In this document: positions 8,877 through 19,222 of the stretch, piece by piece
How the letters are laid out: the number at the start of each line of letters is the position of its first letter
Numbering within the stretch: the stretch's first letter is position 1
DNA from: Candidatus Babeliales bacterium
GTDB taxonomy: Bacteria; Babelota; Babeliae; Babelales; JANWKD01
Direction: 5' to 3'
Assembly (NCBI GenBank): GCA_963762115.1
Contig: CAVXJH010000006.1
Location: forward strand, 128,001 to 192,000
DNA length: 64,000 nucleotides
Notes under the pieces: model-generated
Database searches by the model: none
Told to the model about the DNA's origin: nothing
The model's input: the letters and a program-made list of their open reading frames with translations, nothing else
Translations under genes and position numbers: made by a program

Positions 8877-10625
8877 TTAATAACTCTTATCAAAAATTAT
8901 ATTTCCCATTACTATTGTTTTGCTTTTATCCAAAATCTCTTCAGATGAAAATTTAATCAAACTCGTGTCATAAATTCCTGCATGAGAATTATAAATAATA
9001 CTATTGTTTTTAATAATATTGGCATAAGCACCTGAAATACCATCGATAAAAATACCAACACCGGCACAGGTAGCATTATTTGATTCTGCACGAGAATCTA
9101 TTATCGATGATATTATTTCTGTTTTTGCAAAATTAAAACCATAGGCATTTTGTCCATTATTATTAGATGCAGAACAGTTGATAAATAAATTTTGTTTTCC
9201 ACATTCTGTTGAAAAACCTAAAGCAAGTCCTTCAGAATTATTATTATTTGCCTGACATGCTTGTACAATAATATTGCTACTCTCAAACATTTGTAATCCA
9301 AATACCGTAATAGCTGCTGTATTAAAATTCATAAAAGAATTATTAATAGAACAATTAGTACATCGATTGAGTAATACACCTCCAGAAAAGGATGCTTTGA
9401 TAAAACCATTGCGATTAAAAAAACAATTTTTTATAACAATCGAATCACAATGCGTAAGCGTTAACCCACCCATTGCACCGTTTATATCAGTAGCACATGA
9501 ACTAATATGACAATTTTTCAATAAACATTCTCGAACACAACCATCATCACCATCAAAACCATTCAATATAATTCCTGATTTTTGACAATTATTAACAGAA
9601 ATATCTTTGATAGTTATATGAGAACTATTGGGTAAAATTTTTATGCCACAATCACTAAAATTATCAATATGACCATTCTTTATGGTAATATTCATATGCC
9701 CTGGATTTATTTGAATCCCTCTAGATGACCCATTTTCGCCGGATATTTTTCGCCCATTAAGATCAAAACAAATATCATTTGCCTCGATAATAAAAGAAGT
9801 GTTTTCTTTTATTACAATATTTTCAGCTAATAAAAAATTACCTGAATGATTAAAAACTAAACTATCAGCATAATTATCAACCAAACTTTGTGTTATAACT
9901 CTATAAGGCGATGATTCAGGAGACTCTATAATTGCTCTCGGCACTGCACAACAAGCAGTAACCTCTGCCAATATTGATGATAAAGAACTTTCTATCGAAG
10001 TACAACAGGTAGCAATTTGCTGTCCCAAAGATGAACAACAAATGGTCAATTGTGTTGAAAGATCAGAAATAGCACTAAGAATGGCACTTTCTGCGGCAGC
10101 AATCTGCGCCATAATTTTATATAACAATGAAAAAGTACTATTAAAATCCATTTGCATAATAACACAACATTCAATTACTTCAGCCTCTATCCTGCTCAAC
10201 AGTTGCCCAACAAGGACAAGATTGCAAGGAGTTGAACAACTTTTATGTTCAAGCAATTGATTTTGATGTTTCTGTAATCTTCCCGCTAAATAGGCAAACA
10301 AATCTGGCATTGCTTCTTTAAGATCCTTAACACAAACTTCATTTTTTCCTGCTATACATTGCGCATAACAATTTAACAAGCCTTGCGATATAACAAGTGA
10401 CAATCCTTCTTTCTGTGCATCCTCAACTGCATCAATCATAAATTTGATAAGAAGTTCATTATCGAGAATAACATATAAAGGCGCATCAGATTTTTCAACA
10501 AACGGCACCGATTGCGTCTGAGTTAATGATAAAAAATCAGATGTTTGTGCGGCATATAAAAAAGATACTTTGCTCTGTAAAATAAAAATTATCAAAAAAA
10601 ATTTAAAAATGGCTATAATTCTCAT
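8877..10625 (-). CDS. Secreted right-handed parallel beta-helix repeat protein, paralog of 6934-8844
   Basis: SGNFLLAENI, ICFDLNG, ITIKNGHI; CC-rich helical linker; N-domain shares GLLxCYxQ..VxDLKxAxPDL. Confidence 0.8.
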   Translation of the reverse strand: MRIIAIFKFFLIIFILQSKVSFLYAAQTSDFLSLTQTQSVPFVEKSDAPLYVILDNELLIKFMIDAVEDAQKEGLSLVISQGLLNCYAQCIAGKNEVCVKDLKEAMPDLFAYLAGRLQKHQNQLLEHKSCSTPCNLVLVGQLLSRIEAEVIECCVIMQMDFNSTFSLLYKIMAQIAAAESAILSAISDLSTQLTICCSSLGQQIATCCTSIESSLSSILAEVTACCAVPRAIIESPESSPYRVITQSLVDNYADSLVFNHSGNFLLAENIVIKENTSFIIEANDICFDLNGRKISGENGSSRGIQINPGHMNITIKNGHIDNFSDCGIKILPNSSHITIKDISVNNCQKSGIILNGFDGDDGCVRECLLKNCHISSCATDINGAMGGLTLTHCDSIVIKNCFFNRNGFIKASFSGGVLLNRCTNCSINNSFMNFNTAAITVFGLQMFESSNIIVQACQANNNNSEGLALGFSTECGKQNLFINCSASNNNGQNAYGFNFAKTEIISSIIDSRAESNNATCAGVGIFIDGISGAYANIIKNNSIIYNSHAGIYDTSLIKFSSEEILDKSKTIVMGNIIFDKSY

Positions 10626-10737
10626 TGCTTCTTACTACTCCCTATCATGCCCATAACTATAAAAAATCATTCAAATGATTTAATCATTAGGCACACTATA
10701 AGAAGCAATAAAAAAAAACAAGGCTTTAAAAAAAATA

Positions 10738-12006
10738 TTAAAATTTATGCTCTGCAGATGTATTAAAGTATTTAATCAAATCAATCTGTTTAATCCGCTC
10801 TTCATGCCCTGTCACCATATTCTTCACCGTAACTTCACGAGCTTGTTGCTCATCAGAACCAATAAGCAAGCAATACTGAGCACCCATTTTATTTGCTTTA
10901 CGCATCATACTCTTAACCGATTCTTCATCAACTAAAATATCAACACATACATCATGCGCATGCAACGTATCAGCAAGCAAAAGCGCCAAACTATGTTGTT
11001 CTTTACTGAAGGGTAAAATAAGATGCAACGGAAGCGGTTGTGGCATAATTAATCTATCTTTAATCGGTTCAACTAATAATAATAACCGCTCTATGCCAAT
11101 TGCAACACCAATTGAGGGAACATCTTGTTTTGCGCCAAGTTCTGTTGCCAAACGATTATAGCGTCCGCCACTACAAAAGGCATTTTGTGATCCCAAATTA
11201 TTGCTCACAAATTCAAACACGGTCTTATCATAATAATCAAGGCCACGAACGAGAGTTGGATTATAGGAATAGGAAATTGAAAGAAGTTGCAAATGAGTTT
11301 GTAACGTTTGCCATTCATGCTGGCAATCTGGACACAAATTATCCACAATATGTGGTGCATTTTTATAGAGTTCTTTGCACGTTTCAACTTTACAATCAAA
11401 AACACGCATAATATTATGCTCTTTACGCACTTTGCAATTATCACAAATTTGATCTTGAACGCCATTAAGAAATGTTTCTAAAACTTCTTTAAATCGTTGA
11501 CGATCGTCAAAACAACCCAAAAAATTAAGTTGTAAGGCAAACGTATCAAGGGTTAATTTTTCTTGAAACAAACGGTCAAGCATGGTAATCAATTGAACAT
11601 CTTGATCAATCGAATTTGATCCAATAACTTCAATATTTATTTGATGAAACTGCCGAAATCTTCCCTTCTGAGGACGTTCATGCCGAAACATTGGCCCATA
11701 TGAATACACCTTCCAAGGTAATGCCAATGAACCATGCTCCAAAAAAGCTCGCATTGTTGATGCAGTCGCTTCAGGCCGCAAACAAATCGATTCATCGCCC
11801 TTACTACTTTGAACAACAAACATTTCTTTGGTGACCACATCGGTTTGTAATCCCAGTGACCGTTTAAAAAGTTCAGTTTGTTCAAGAATTGGCGTTGAAA
11901 TTTCAGTGAAATTATATAATGCACAGTGTTTTTGAACAAGCCGTACAAGAAAATTAAAGAGTGTCAGATCAAGAAAATCATGAGTCCCTTTTATACGAGA
12001 AATCAT
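10738..12006 (-). CDS. hisS: Histidine--tRNA ligase
   Basis: RIKGTHDF, LRPEATAS, FRHERPQKGRFRQFHQ, LVRGLDYY, GGRYN, GIERL. Confidence 0.97.
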   Translation of the reverse strand: MISRIKGTHDFLDLTLFNFLVRLVQKHCALYNFTEISTPILEQTELFKRSLGLQTDVVTKEMFVVQSSKGDESICLRPEATASTMRAFLEHGSLALPWKVYSYGPMFRHERPQKGRFRQFHQINIEVIGSNSIDQDVQLITMLDRLFQEKLTLDTFALQLNFLGCFDDRQRFKEVLETFLNGVQDQICDNCKVRKEHNIMRVFDCKVETCKELYKNAPHIVDNLCPDCQHEWQTLQTHLQLLSISYSYNPTLVRGLDYYDKTVFEFVSNNLGSQNAFCSGGRYNRLATELGAKQDVPSIGVAIGIERLLLLVEPIKDRLIMPQPLPLHLILPFSKEQHSLALLLADTLHAHDVCVDILVDEESVKSMMRKANKMGAQYCLLIGSDEQQAREVTVKNMVTGHEERIKQIDLIKYFNTSAEHKF

Positions 12007-12349
12007 ACATAAAACCTTTTAACAAAAGCACACTGATGGCCTACTAATTTTCTTTTAGTGTATCATACAAAAAAAAATTTTATCTATTTTTTTTAAAAAA
12101 GATTGACTTCATATTTCTCAAACTGTTACAACACAAGCTGTAAGAGAAAATACTGGCTAGTAAAAAGGAGCTGCCTATGAAATAGATCACTAAGCTCTTT
12201 GACAAAAACAACAGACTAGATGAACAAAAAAATAATAAATTTTAGTAAACAATTGACATTCGCGTAAGCATCTTGGTAAAACACAAGTGAAGTATAAAAA
12301 ATGTGTAGTAGATGTACTGTTCTAACACTTCTAAAAAAGGAGTTATTTT

Positions 12350-13957
12350 ATGAAAAAACTACTTAATCTATCCCTACTTGTGGTAGGAATGTCGCTTGCG
12401 GCAAATATCATTGCTGCTGACAGCGATGATAGTTCAAACAACTCAACAAGAAAAGGTGGCGATGCAACCGGCCATACATTCTTCTGGGTTCGTCCTCAAT
12501 TTCAAGATCCTATGCCAGAAAAAATTTCTTTATGGCGTAATGATCGCGCAATGGCTCGTGATTGTGGTTGGAATGGAGCATTCCAAGTAGTACCTTTCGG
12601 TGGTCGCACTACAAAAAAATCGGCAAACGGCTTAGCTCGTTATTTTATGTTTGGTAATAAAACAGAATTAATTGTTGCTGGTGCTACTGCTACCGACGTA
12701 AACACTGATCAAGGTGTTGGTGTCGATGTTGGTGCTTTTAATTTTAATATTGAAACTCTCAATCCTACAGTTTTCAGTCAACCATTCAAAAGCACTCTAT
12801 CATTCAGTCCACGTCAATCAACTGTTGGTGCTGGTTTTGATTATATTCAATATTTTGGTTGGAATGATTGTTGTGAGCGCAAATGGTGGGGAGAAATTTC
12901 TTTCCCTGTTGTGCGTGTGCGCAATGATATGCGCTTAACAGAAACAGTAATAACACCTGCAGGAACTTTAGTTACCGGAGCTGCTGCAAACATGACCCAA
13001 GCATTCACTGGTCAATTTCCTTTTGTGAACACGATTAATGGAGCTTCTGTTGCCAGTCCTGTATGGCAATATGGCAAAATTGATGGACGCAGAAGTAAAA
13101 CAGGCGTTGCCGATGTTGAAATTAAAATAGGTTATGATTATGTTCGTAATGATTGCTCATATCTTTATACTTATGTTGGAGTTTTAGCACCTACAGGAAC
13201 AAAACCAAAAGCTGAATATGTATTTGAACCAATAATTGGTGAAAATAGACATGTTGGTGTTTTAACTGGTGGTTCTGGTGGATTCCAAATTTGGTCTGGC
13301 TGTGAAAAAACTTTGATGCTTGATGTTGATATGGCTTTCCGTTATTTAATTAGAAATACACAATTGCGCTCATTTGATCTTTATAACAGACCTTGGAGCC
13401 GCTATATGCCAGTATTTGCTAATCCCGCAGCTGCAGCTCTAATTGAACTTAGTGCCGGCATCAATCAATTTACTCAAAAACTAAGAGTTCATCCAGGATT
13501 CCAATTCAGCGTTAATTCAGCTTTAGTTTACAACAGCGAATGTGGCTTAGAAGCTGAAGTTGGTTATGGTGCTTGGGGTCGCCAAGGTGAAAGAGTTAGA
13601 TTAGCATCTCCATGGGTAGTTGGTCCTGCAATTGCCAATACAAGTCCTTTTGCTGTAGCAGATACAATAAATAGAGCTTCACTAATTGGTGCTAGTTTTG
13701 GTGGTGCAGCAGTTGATATTTTAACTCCTCCAGCAGGCACGACAACTAATTCACTTTTAATTCAAGAAACAGATTTGAATTTAGGTTCAGCGGCTTGTCC
13801 AGCGGCCTTAACTCAAACTATTTATGGCACCGTTGGTTATAATTGGAACTGGTGTTGGCCAATATTTGTAGGCGTGGGTGGCTCTTATGAATTCAGCAGA
13901 ATTAATACTGCCGTTAATCGTTGGACTGTTTGGGGCAAATTTGGTGTCTCAATATAA
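12350..13957 (+). CDS. Probable outer-membrane beta-barrel protein
   Basis: Signal peptide, alternating aromatic beta strands, C-terminal WTVWGKFGVSI beta-signal-like end, strong AAGGAG RBS. Confidence 0.65.
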   Translation: MKKLLNLSLLVVGMSLAANIIAADSDDSSNNSTRKGGDATGHTFFWVRPQFQDPMPEKISLWRNDRAMARDCGWNGAFQVVPFGGRTTKKSANGLARYFMFGNKTELIVAGATATDVNTDQGVGVDVGAFNFNIETLNPTVFSQPFKSTLSFSPRQSTVGAGFDYIQYFGWNDCCERKWWGEISFPVVRVRNDMRLTETVITPAGTLVTGAAANMTQAFTGQFPFVNTINGASVASPVWQYGKIDGRRSKTGVADVEIKIGYDYVRNDCSYLYTYVGVLAPTGTKPKAEYVFEPIIGENRHVGVLTGGSGGFQIWSGCEKTLMLDVDMAFRYLIRNTQLRSFDLYNRPWSRYMPVFANPAAAALIELSAGINQFTQKLRVHPGFQFSVNSALVYNSECGLEAEVGYGAWGRQGERVRLASPWVVGPAIANTSPFAVADTINRASLIGASFGGAAVDILTPPAGTTTNSLLIQETDLNLGSAACPAALTQTIYGTVGYNWNWCWPIFVGVGGSYEFSRINTAVNRWTVWGKFGVSI

Positions 13958-13987
13958 TAATTAAAGATATAATCAAGGATATAGATT

Positions 13988-14677
13988 ATGATAAAAAAAC
14001 TATTATTATTAAAGCTTTTGAGTTTAGCATTCATAATGAACTCGCATTGTATGGAACAATCGTTAACAGAATTACAAAGCCAATTAAGATATTATCAAGA
14101 GGAAGCACGTAAAGGAAATACTTCAGCTCAGGAAGAGGTACAATATCTTTTAGGAGAAATCAGACGTTTATACCCACAAGCACAACGCGGAGGAGCACAA
14201 CCTCAACGAGGAATTCAGCAATTACCTCCTGTTAGCGCTGAATGGATCGACTATTTAAAAGCTACTGAAAGTTCTAATGATCCTAATGCACTCAAAGAAG
14301 GTTTACAGGTATTTGATAATGCAGTTAGAGATCAAGCAGGAAAATTAAAGGCTACAGTACAAAAAGAAGCTCTGGATCTCATTAATCGCATCAAGGCCAA
14401 GTTAGCACGATTACAACAACCACAAAGAAGAGTGCAACCAGGCCCACAACCAACTCCAGGAAGACCCGCAAGACCAGTAAGCACCGGGCCAAGACCAACA
14501 GTAAAACCTAGGCCAGTAAGCACAGGACCTGGTCAGGTACGCCCAGGACAAGTAAATCAAGCAGAGATTGATCGTTTACATGATGCTGCTTTAGATGCTG
14601 TTGAAAAGGTTGTTACTGCAGCTCGCGCAGCCGGTCAAAATGAGATAGCAAATATATGGATGAAACTAGCACAATAA
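13988..14677 (+). CDS. Secreted hypothetical protein with Pro/Gln-rich repeats
   Basis: Signal peptide; RPVSTGP repeated twice. Confidence 0.75.
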   Translation: MIKKLLLLKLLSLAFIMNSHCMEQSLTELQSQLRYYQEEARKGNTSAQEEVQYLLGEIRRLYPQAQRGGAQPQRGIQQLPPVSAEWIDYLKATESSNDPNALKEGLQVFDNAVRDQAGKLKATVQKEALDLINRIKAKLARLQQPQRRVQPGPQPTPGRPARPVSTGPRPTVKPRPVSTGPGQVRPGQVNQAEIDRLHDAALDAVEKVVTAARAAGQNEIANIWMKLAQ

Positions 14678-14694
14678 AAATATAGTTAGATAAG

Positions 14695-14730
14695 AAAAGG
14701 GCTCGGTAATTTTACCGGGCCTCTTTTTTT
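14695..14730 (+). terminator. Intrinsic terminator
   Basis: GGCTCGGTAA-TT-TTACCGGGCC hairpin followed by a T tract. Confidence 0.75.
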
Positions 14731-14765
14731 GTTATAGTGTAACTAAAAAAAATTAGGAGTTACAC

Positions 14766-15782
14766 ATGAAATCAATTCTTATTACCGGCGGCGCAGGTTA
14801 TATCGGCTCGCATATTGCTTACACATTAGAACAACAAGGCTACCATCTTATTATTCTCGATACCTTTGTTCATCAGCAAACCTTTAATCAAACAAAAGCA
14901 ACAATTATTAAAGCAGATTTTTCTGATCAAACCATTTTGGAAAAAATTTTTAAGACCTATGATATTGAAGCAATTGTTCATTGTGCTGCTTGCATTGAAG
15001 TTGGCTTATCGGTCAAAAATCCAACACTTTTTTATGAAACAAATGTGGCAAAAACAATCACTCTTTTGCGAACAATGCTTGCACATAACATAAAAAAAAT
15101 TATTTTCTCTTCTTCTTGTGCAGTATATGGCAACCCACAGTTTTTGCCTCTTACTGAAGATCACCCAAAAAACCCTTTGAGTCCTTATGGCAGAACAAAA
15201 TTAATGGTAGAAATGATTTTGGAAGATTTTTGCACCGCTTATAATTTGCAGTATGTTGCCTTGCGCTACTTTAATGCCGCTGGCGCATTACCTGAATTGA
15301 ATTTAGGTGAGCAGCACAAACCTGAAACACATATTATTCCTTTATTATTACGCGCTGCATTAAACAACAAAGTATTTACGGTTTTTGGCAATGATTATGA
15401 AACACAAGATGGTACGGCAATTCGTGATTATTTGCATGTTCTTGATATTGCACAAGCGCACAGCAAAGCTTTGGAATATTTATTAAATAGTGGCATGCCA
15501 GACTGTTTTAATTTGGGAACAGGTAAGGGCGTTTCTATTGCACAGATGATAGAAACAGTTGAAAAAATAGTAAATAAAAAAATTAAAGTTAACTATGTTA
15601 ATCGGCGCTCCGGCGATGCGGCAATCTTGGTTGCAAATGCAAATAAGGCACAAAAAAAATTGCAGTGGCAATCACAATATTCTGAAATCAATTTTATTAT
15701 TAAAAGTGTTTATGATTTTGAATGTCATTATAACAAAATGATAACAAATTCTAAATCTTCACATATAAAAAAAGAGGGGTGA
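14766..15782 (+). CDS. galE: UDP-glucose 4-epimerase
   Basis: TGGAGYIGSH, FSSSCAVYG, YGRTK, LRYFNAAGA, DGTAIRDYLHV. Confidence 0.95.
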   Translation: MKSILITGGAGYIGSHIAYTLEQQGYHLIILDTFVHQQTFNQTKATIIKADFSDQTILEKIFKTYDIEAIVHCAACIEVGLSVKNPTLFYETNVAKTITLLRTMLAHNIKKIIFSSSCAVYGNPQFLPLTEDHPKNPLSPYGRTKLMVEMILEDFCTAYNLQYVALRYFNAAGALPELNLGEQHKPETHIIPLLLRAALNNKVFTVFGNDYETQDGTAIRDYLHVLDIAQAHSKALEYLLNSGMPDCFNLGTGKGVSIAQMIETVEKIVNKKIKVNYVNRRSGDAAILVANANKAQKKLQWQSQYSEINFIIKSVYDFECHYNKMITNSKSSHIKKEG

Positions 15783-15801
15783 TTTAAAAAATCACCCCTC
15801 T
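15773..15801. terminator. Bidirectional intrinsic terminator
   Basis: AGAGGGGTGATTT/AAATCACCCCTCT inverted repeat. Confidence 0.75.
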
Positions 15802-15835
15802 GAATTTGGCTAATCAAATATTAAGATAAAAATTA

Positions 15836-17275
15836 TTATAAGTTTGCTAATCCAAAAGAACCAACACCACACTTAGCAGCAATTTTATCCATTAGTGCTT
15901 TTTCTTGTGCATATACTTTATTTAAAACACATTGCGCACAAGGAACCCCACGTTTTTGAGCTCTAATTAATTTAACAAGTTGACCATTAACAAAGTTTGT
16001 AATTAATGCTTTTAATTCCTGATCATTACCTGCTAAGGTATTCGCTTTATCTAAAGCTGCTTGATCATAAGTAGAAGCAATTTGTATTAATAAGGTTACA
16101 ATTTCAGCCTTAGGATTTGCATGTACAACATTAACAACTCTATTAACAATACCTTGATTAACTTGTCTATCAAGAACAATAGGAGCTGCAACATAACCAG
16201 CGCCAGCTTGTGGTCTTTGCTGATGATTCATGTTATTATTTTGACCAGCAGGAACACCGTTTGGTTGTTGAGGAGCTTGGTGATTATTTACAGGAGCTTT
16301 AACTTTTTTTGCTTTAGGAGCAACAACAGGCTTTTTCCAAGCTTTATATGCTTTAAAAGCACCATAACCAACAACAGGAGCAGCAGCAACAACACCAAGA
16401 CCGATTGCAGTTTTGGGGTATTCTAAAGCTTTAGCAACAACAGGAGCAACAACATATTTGTTAGCTAATTTTGCAGTACCAACAACAAAGTCTTTTGATT
16501 TACCAGCAATATTTGATACCATCTTAGGTGTATCAGCATAACCAAAATAGTTTGCCGCACCAACAGCAAGACCAGTTACAGCAACACCAGCAGCAGAACA
16601 TCCTGCAGCTATTTTATTGCTAAATCTTGAACCAACATTGTAAGCTGCAACAGCAGCGCCAGCGCCAAGAGCTACATAAGGGTTAGCAACAGATTTAACT
16701 ACATTTAAAGCAGTTTCAGGATACATATAAGCAAGTGTACCTAAAGTAGTTGCTGTTGCAACAACAGCAGGAACACTAAACTTCCAATGTTTCTTCATTA
16801 GAACTAATGCGCCTGATTTGTGTAATAAATAAGAAACTGAACCTACGGTTACCATGCCACAGAAGCCTTGAGCAAGAAATTCTCTATCAGTTGCTTTTTC
16901 AACAACAAAATCCTTGCATGAAGTATAACCTTCAACAACAGCTGTTTTGCCTTTAGCTAATTTTGCTGCTGCTTTTGCTGCAATGCCTTTTGCTTCATTT
17001 GGTGTAAGAACTTCAACTAATTCATTAGTGAATTCTTGATTTGAAGCGTCAGAAACTGCTTCAACAACAGGAGCTTGATTAGCGGCAAGTTTATTTAAAC
17101 CGTAACCAGCAGCTCCGGCAGAAGTTACTCCAGCCATTAAAGTACCCGCTCTTTTAACAAGATCAGGTCCAACATGCTGTACTACCTTAGAACCGAAGTT
17201 AACCATAGGGTAAGTTTGAGAGATTGCTGAGAGCATAACCAGCCCCAGCATAGATTTATTAAAATTAGAGTTCAT
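15836..17275 (-). CDS. Ala/Val/Gly-rich hypothetical membrane protein
   Basis: Long ORF with GGAGG RBS, several hydrophobic segments, Asn/Gln-rich linker. Confidence 0.75.
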   Translation of the reverse strand: MNSNFNKSMLGLVMLSAISQTYPMVNFGSKVVQHVGPDLVKRAGTLMAGVTSAGAAGYGLNKLAANQAPVVEAVSDASNQEFTNELVEVLTPNEAKGIAAKAAAKLAKGKTAVVEGYTSCKDFVVEKATDREFLAQGFCGMVTVGSVSYLLHKSGALVLMKKHWKFSVPAVVATATTLGTLAYMYPETALNVVKSVANPYVALGAGAAVAAYNVGSRFSNKIAAGCSAAGVAVTGLAVGAANYFGYADTPKMVSNIAGKSKDFVVGTAKLANKYVVAPVVAKALEYPKTAIGLGVVAAAPVVGYGAFKAYKAWKKPVVAPKAKKVKAPVNNHQAPQQPNGVPAGQNNNMNHQQRPQAGAGYVAAPIVLDRQVNQGIVNRVVNVVHANPKAEIVTLLIQIASTYDQAALDKANTLAGNDQELKALITNFVNGQLVKLIRAQKRGVPCAQCVLNKVYAQEKALMDKIAAKCGVGSFGLANL

Positions 17276-17387
17276 ATGAACTTCCTCCATTTAGTTAGAT
17301 ATGATTGAAACATTCAACTAGCCATTCACTTACCTATTCTAAAGTAAATAAAGAGTTTGTCAATGGAGGTATATTTTATTTCATTAA

Positions 17388-17840
17388 TTATTTCAGTTTC
17401 TTGATTTCTCTCAAGGTTTCGCGCTTAATATCACGTTCCTTGATAGTTTCTTTTTTACTGACAGCTTTCTTGTGCTTACCGATACCAAGTTCAACTTTCA
17501 CCAAACTTCGTTCATTCAGATAGATTTTTAGGGGGATTACGGTGATTCCTTTACGCGAGATATCACCAACAAGACGGTTCAATTCTCTTGCATGAACCAA
17601 TAATTTACGCGTTCGCGCTGCTGCGCCATCTTTTTTTTGATAGGCTTTATCATAAGGAGAAACGTTACAATTCACTAAAAAAAGCTCGCCATCTTTGATG
17701 TGGGCAAATGAACCAATCAAAGAAATATGCCCAGCTCTAATGGATTTAACCTCATCGCCCGTTAAAACAAGACCTGCCTCAAGGCGATCTAAAATTTCAT
17801 AATCAAAAAAGGCTTTTTTATTCTGAGTAATTATTTTCAT
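17388..17840 (-). CDS. smpB: SsrA-binding protein
   Basis: NKKAFFDYEILDRLEAGLVLTGDEVKSIR, RTRKLL, IKERDIKRE. Confidence 0.97.
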   Translation of the reverse strand: MKIITQNKKAFFDYEILDRLEAGLVLTGDEVKSIRAGHISLIGSFAHIKDGELFLVNCNVSPYDKAYQKKDGAAARTRKLLVHARELNRLVGDISRKGITVIPLKIYLNERSLVKVELGIGKHKKAVSKKETIKERDIKRETLREIKKLK

Positions 17841-18322
17841 ACAGAAGTACCCGTTTCAGTAGATTTGCAATAGTTAAAAACTTGTTTTGTAATTGGGTAA
17901 AGTATAATCGCTAAGGCTATACCTAAAATATTGCCACCAATCAAAAATGACCATATACAAGGTAAGGCTAACCCTAATTTTTGCTCAAAAAAGGTACTGC
18001 AGCTTTGCATCCACCAAGGATTTATTATAGCAACATCAAGGGCTAACACCTTATGAAGCAACCAATACCCCAAACCATAATCTGCTGCATACACAGGAAT
18101 AAGGGTAATTGGGTTGTTAATACCATAAGCAGCAGCAAAGGTTACCGATAAATTTAAGCCAAAAAGCACTGAAAATGCAAAAATCATGATGGTGTGTAAT
18201 CCAGGAAATGGCGAAAAAGCTATATAAGCACCCATGCAAAAAGAAAGTGCCAGCTTATGCGGAGATTTTTCCTCATAAGCCAGTTTCTTGAAATATGCCA
18301 AACAACTATTTAAAATTTTCAT
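17837..18322 (-). CDS. DUF2062-like membrane protein
   Basis: SPHKLALSFCMG..FSPFPG, INNPIT, Y..DY.LG pattern. Confidence 0.8.
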   Translation of the reverse strand: MKILNSCLAYFKKLAYEEKSPHKLALSFCMGAYIAFSPFPGLHTIMIFAFSVLFGLNLSVTFAAAYGINNPITLIPVYAADYGLGYWLLHKVLALDVAIINPWWMQSCSTFFEQKLGLALPCIWSFLIGGNILGIALAIILYPITKQVFNYCKSTETGTSV

Positions 18323-18419
18323 ACTATCACCATATAATTTTTATTGTCTCTATAAGTCTTAGTATACTACAGTTATGATGCTTATACTAATGCTGTATTA
18401 CTAACAAAACAGGTTTACT

Positions 18420-18845
18420 ATGACAAAAAATCTATTATTTCCCCTCATATTTTTAACTTCTATTACTTCTATTTATTCTGCCGAATCAAAGAAAAACACC
18501 TTTTCCCTGAGTGACGGCATAGCAACAACGGTCAAAAATGAAACGATTTTGGTCGCTTTAGCTGGTTATACCCTTGCCTTTAGACCTGAATGGCTTAATC
18601 AATATCCCTATATTACCGCCTTTTGTGGTGCTTGTTTGCTAGGATCGGTTATCAGAAATACTTTTGCTAGAAGTCTTGAATTCAGTTCAAATAGCTTTAT
18701 TAGGACTGCAGTAAAATGTCCTTTTTCAACTGGCCTTGCTGCTTATGCACTTGCTTTCAATAGAGAACTTATTCGCCAACATCCTCTTGTTGCAACGCTA
18801 TTTGGCCTTTGGTTGGCAATACAATGGTCTGAGAATGTTGAATGA
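18420..18845 (+). CDS. Hypothetical membrane protein with internal duplication
   Basis: LAGYTLAFRPEWLNQYP vs LAAYALAFNRELIRQHP. Confidence 0.7.
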   Translation: MTKNLLFPLIFLTSITSIYSAESKKNTFSLSDGIATTVKNETILVALAGYTLAFRPEWLNQYPYITAFCGACLLGSVIRNTFARSLEFSSNSFIRTAVKCPFSTGLAAYALAFNRELIRQHPLVATLFGLWLAIQWSENVE

Positions 18846-18887
18846 TAATAAAATATTTTGCAAAAAAAAGAGACAATAAAGCAGAAT

Positions 18888-18986
18888 TGTCATTGCAAGC
18901 CGTTTTACTTGGCTAAAAGTTTCGAAAAATTCGCCAATAATGCGGCCTGTCCGCCGAAGTTTCAACGAAGGCGGATGGCAACCCAG
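18888..18986. repeat. Family A arm containing a nested family B palindrome (CCTGTCCGCCGAAG...GAAGGCGGA)
   Basis: TGTCATTGC...TGGCAACCCAG arm interrupted by 18946-18975. Confidence 0.7.
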
Positions 18987-19026
18987 ATAATAAAATTAGT
19001 TCCGTAAATTAAAAATCAAAATCTTA

Positions 19027-19090
19027 TTATAATTCGGCCCTATGCGGGCAGCACAAAGGTATTGCGTGCCCGCATAGGGCCGAATTATAA
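19027..19090. repeat. Long palindrome, family C (GGCCCTATGCGGGCA)
   Basis: TTATAATTCGGCCCTATGCGGGCA-16 nt-TGCCCGCATAGGGCCGAATTATAA. Confidence 0.85.
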
Positions 19091-19222
19091 TTAATAATTT
19101 ATAAACTAAAAATTAGAAACAAAAATGTAATTTAAAATAAACCATTTCGCCTTTCAATAAAAAAATTATAAACTGTAACATGAACAAAAAAAATAATTCT
19201 TTATTATCAAGACAAAAATAAA

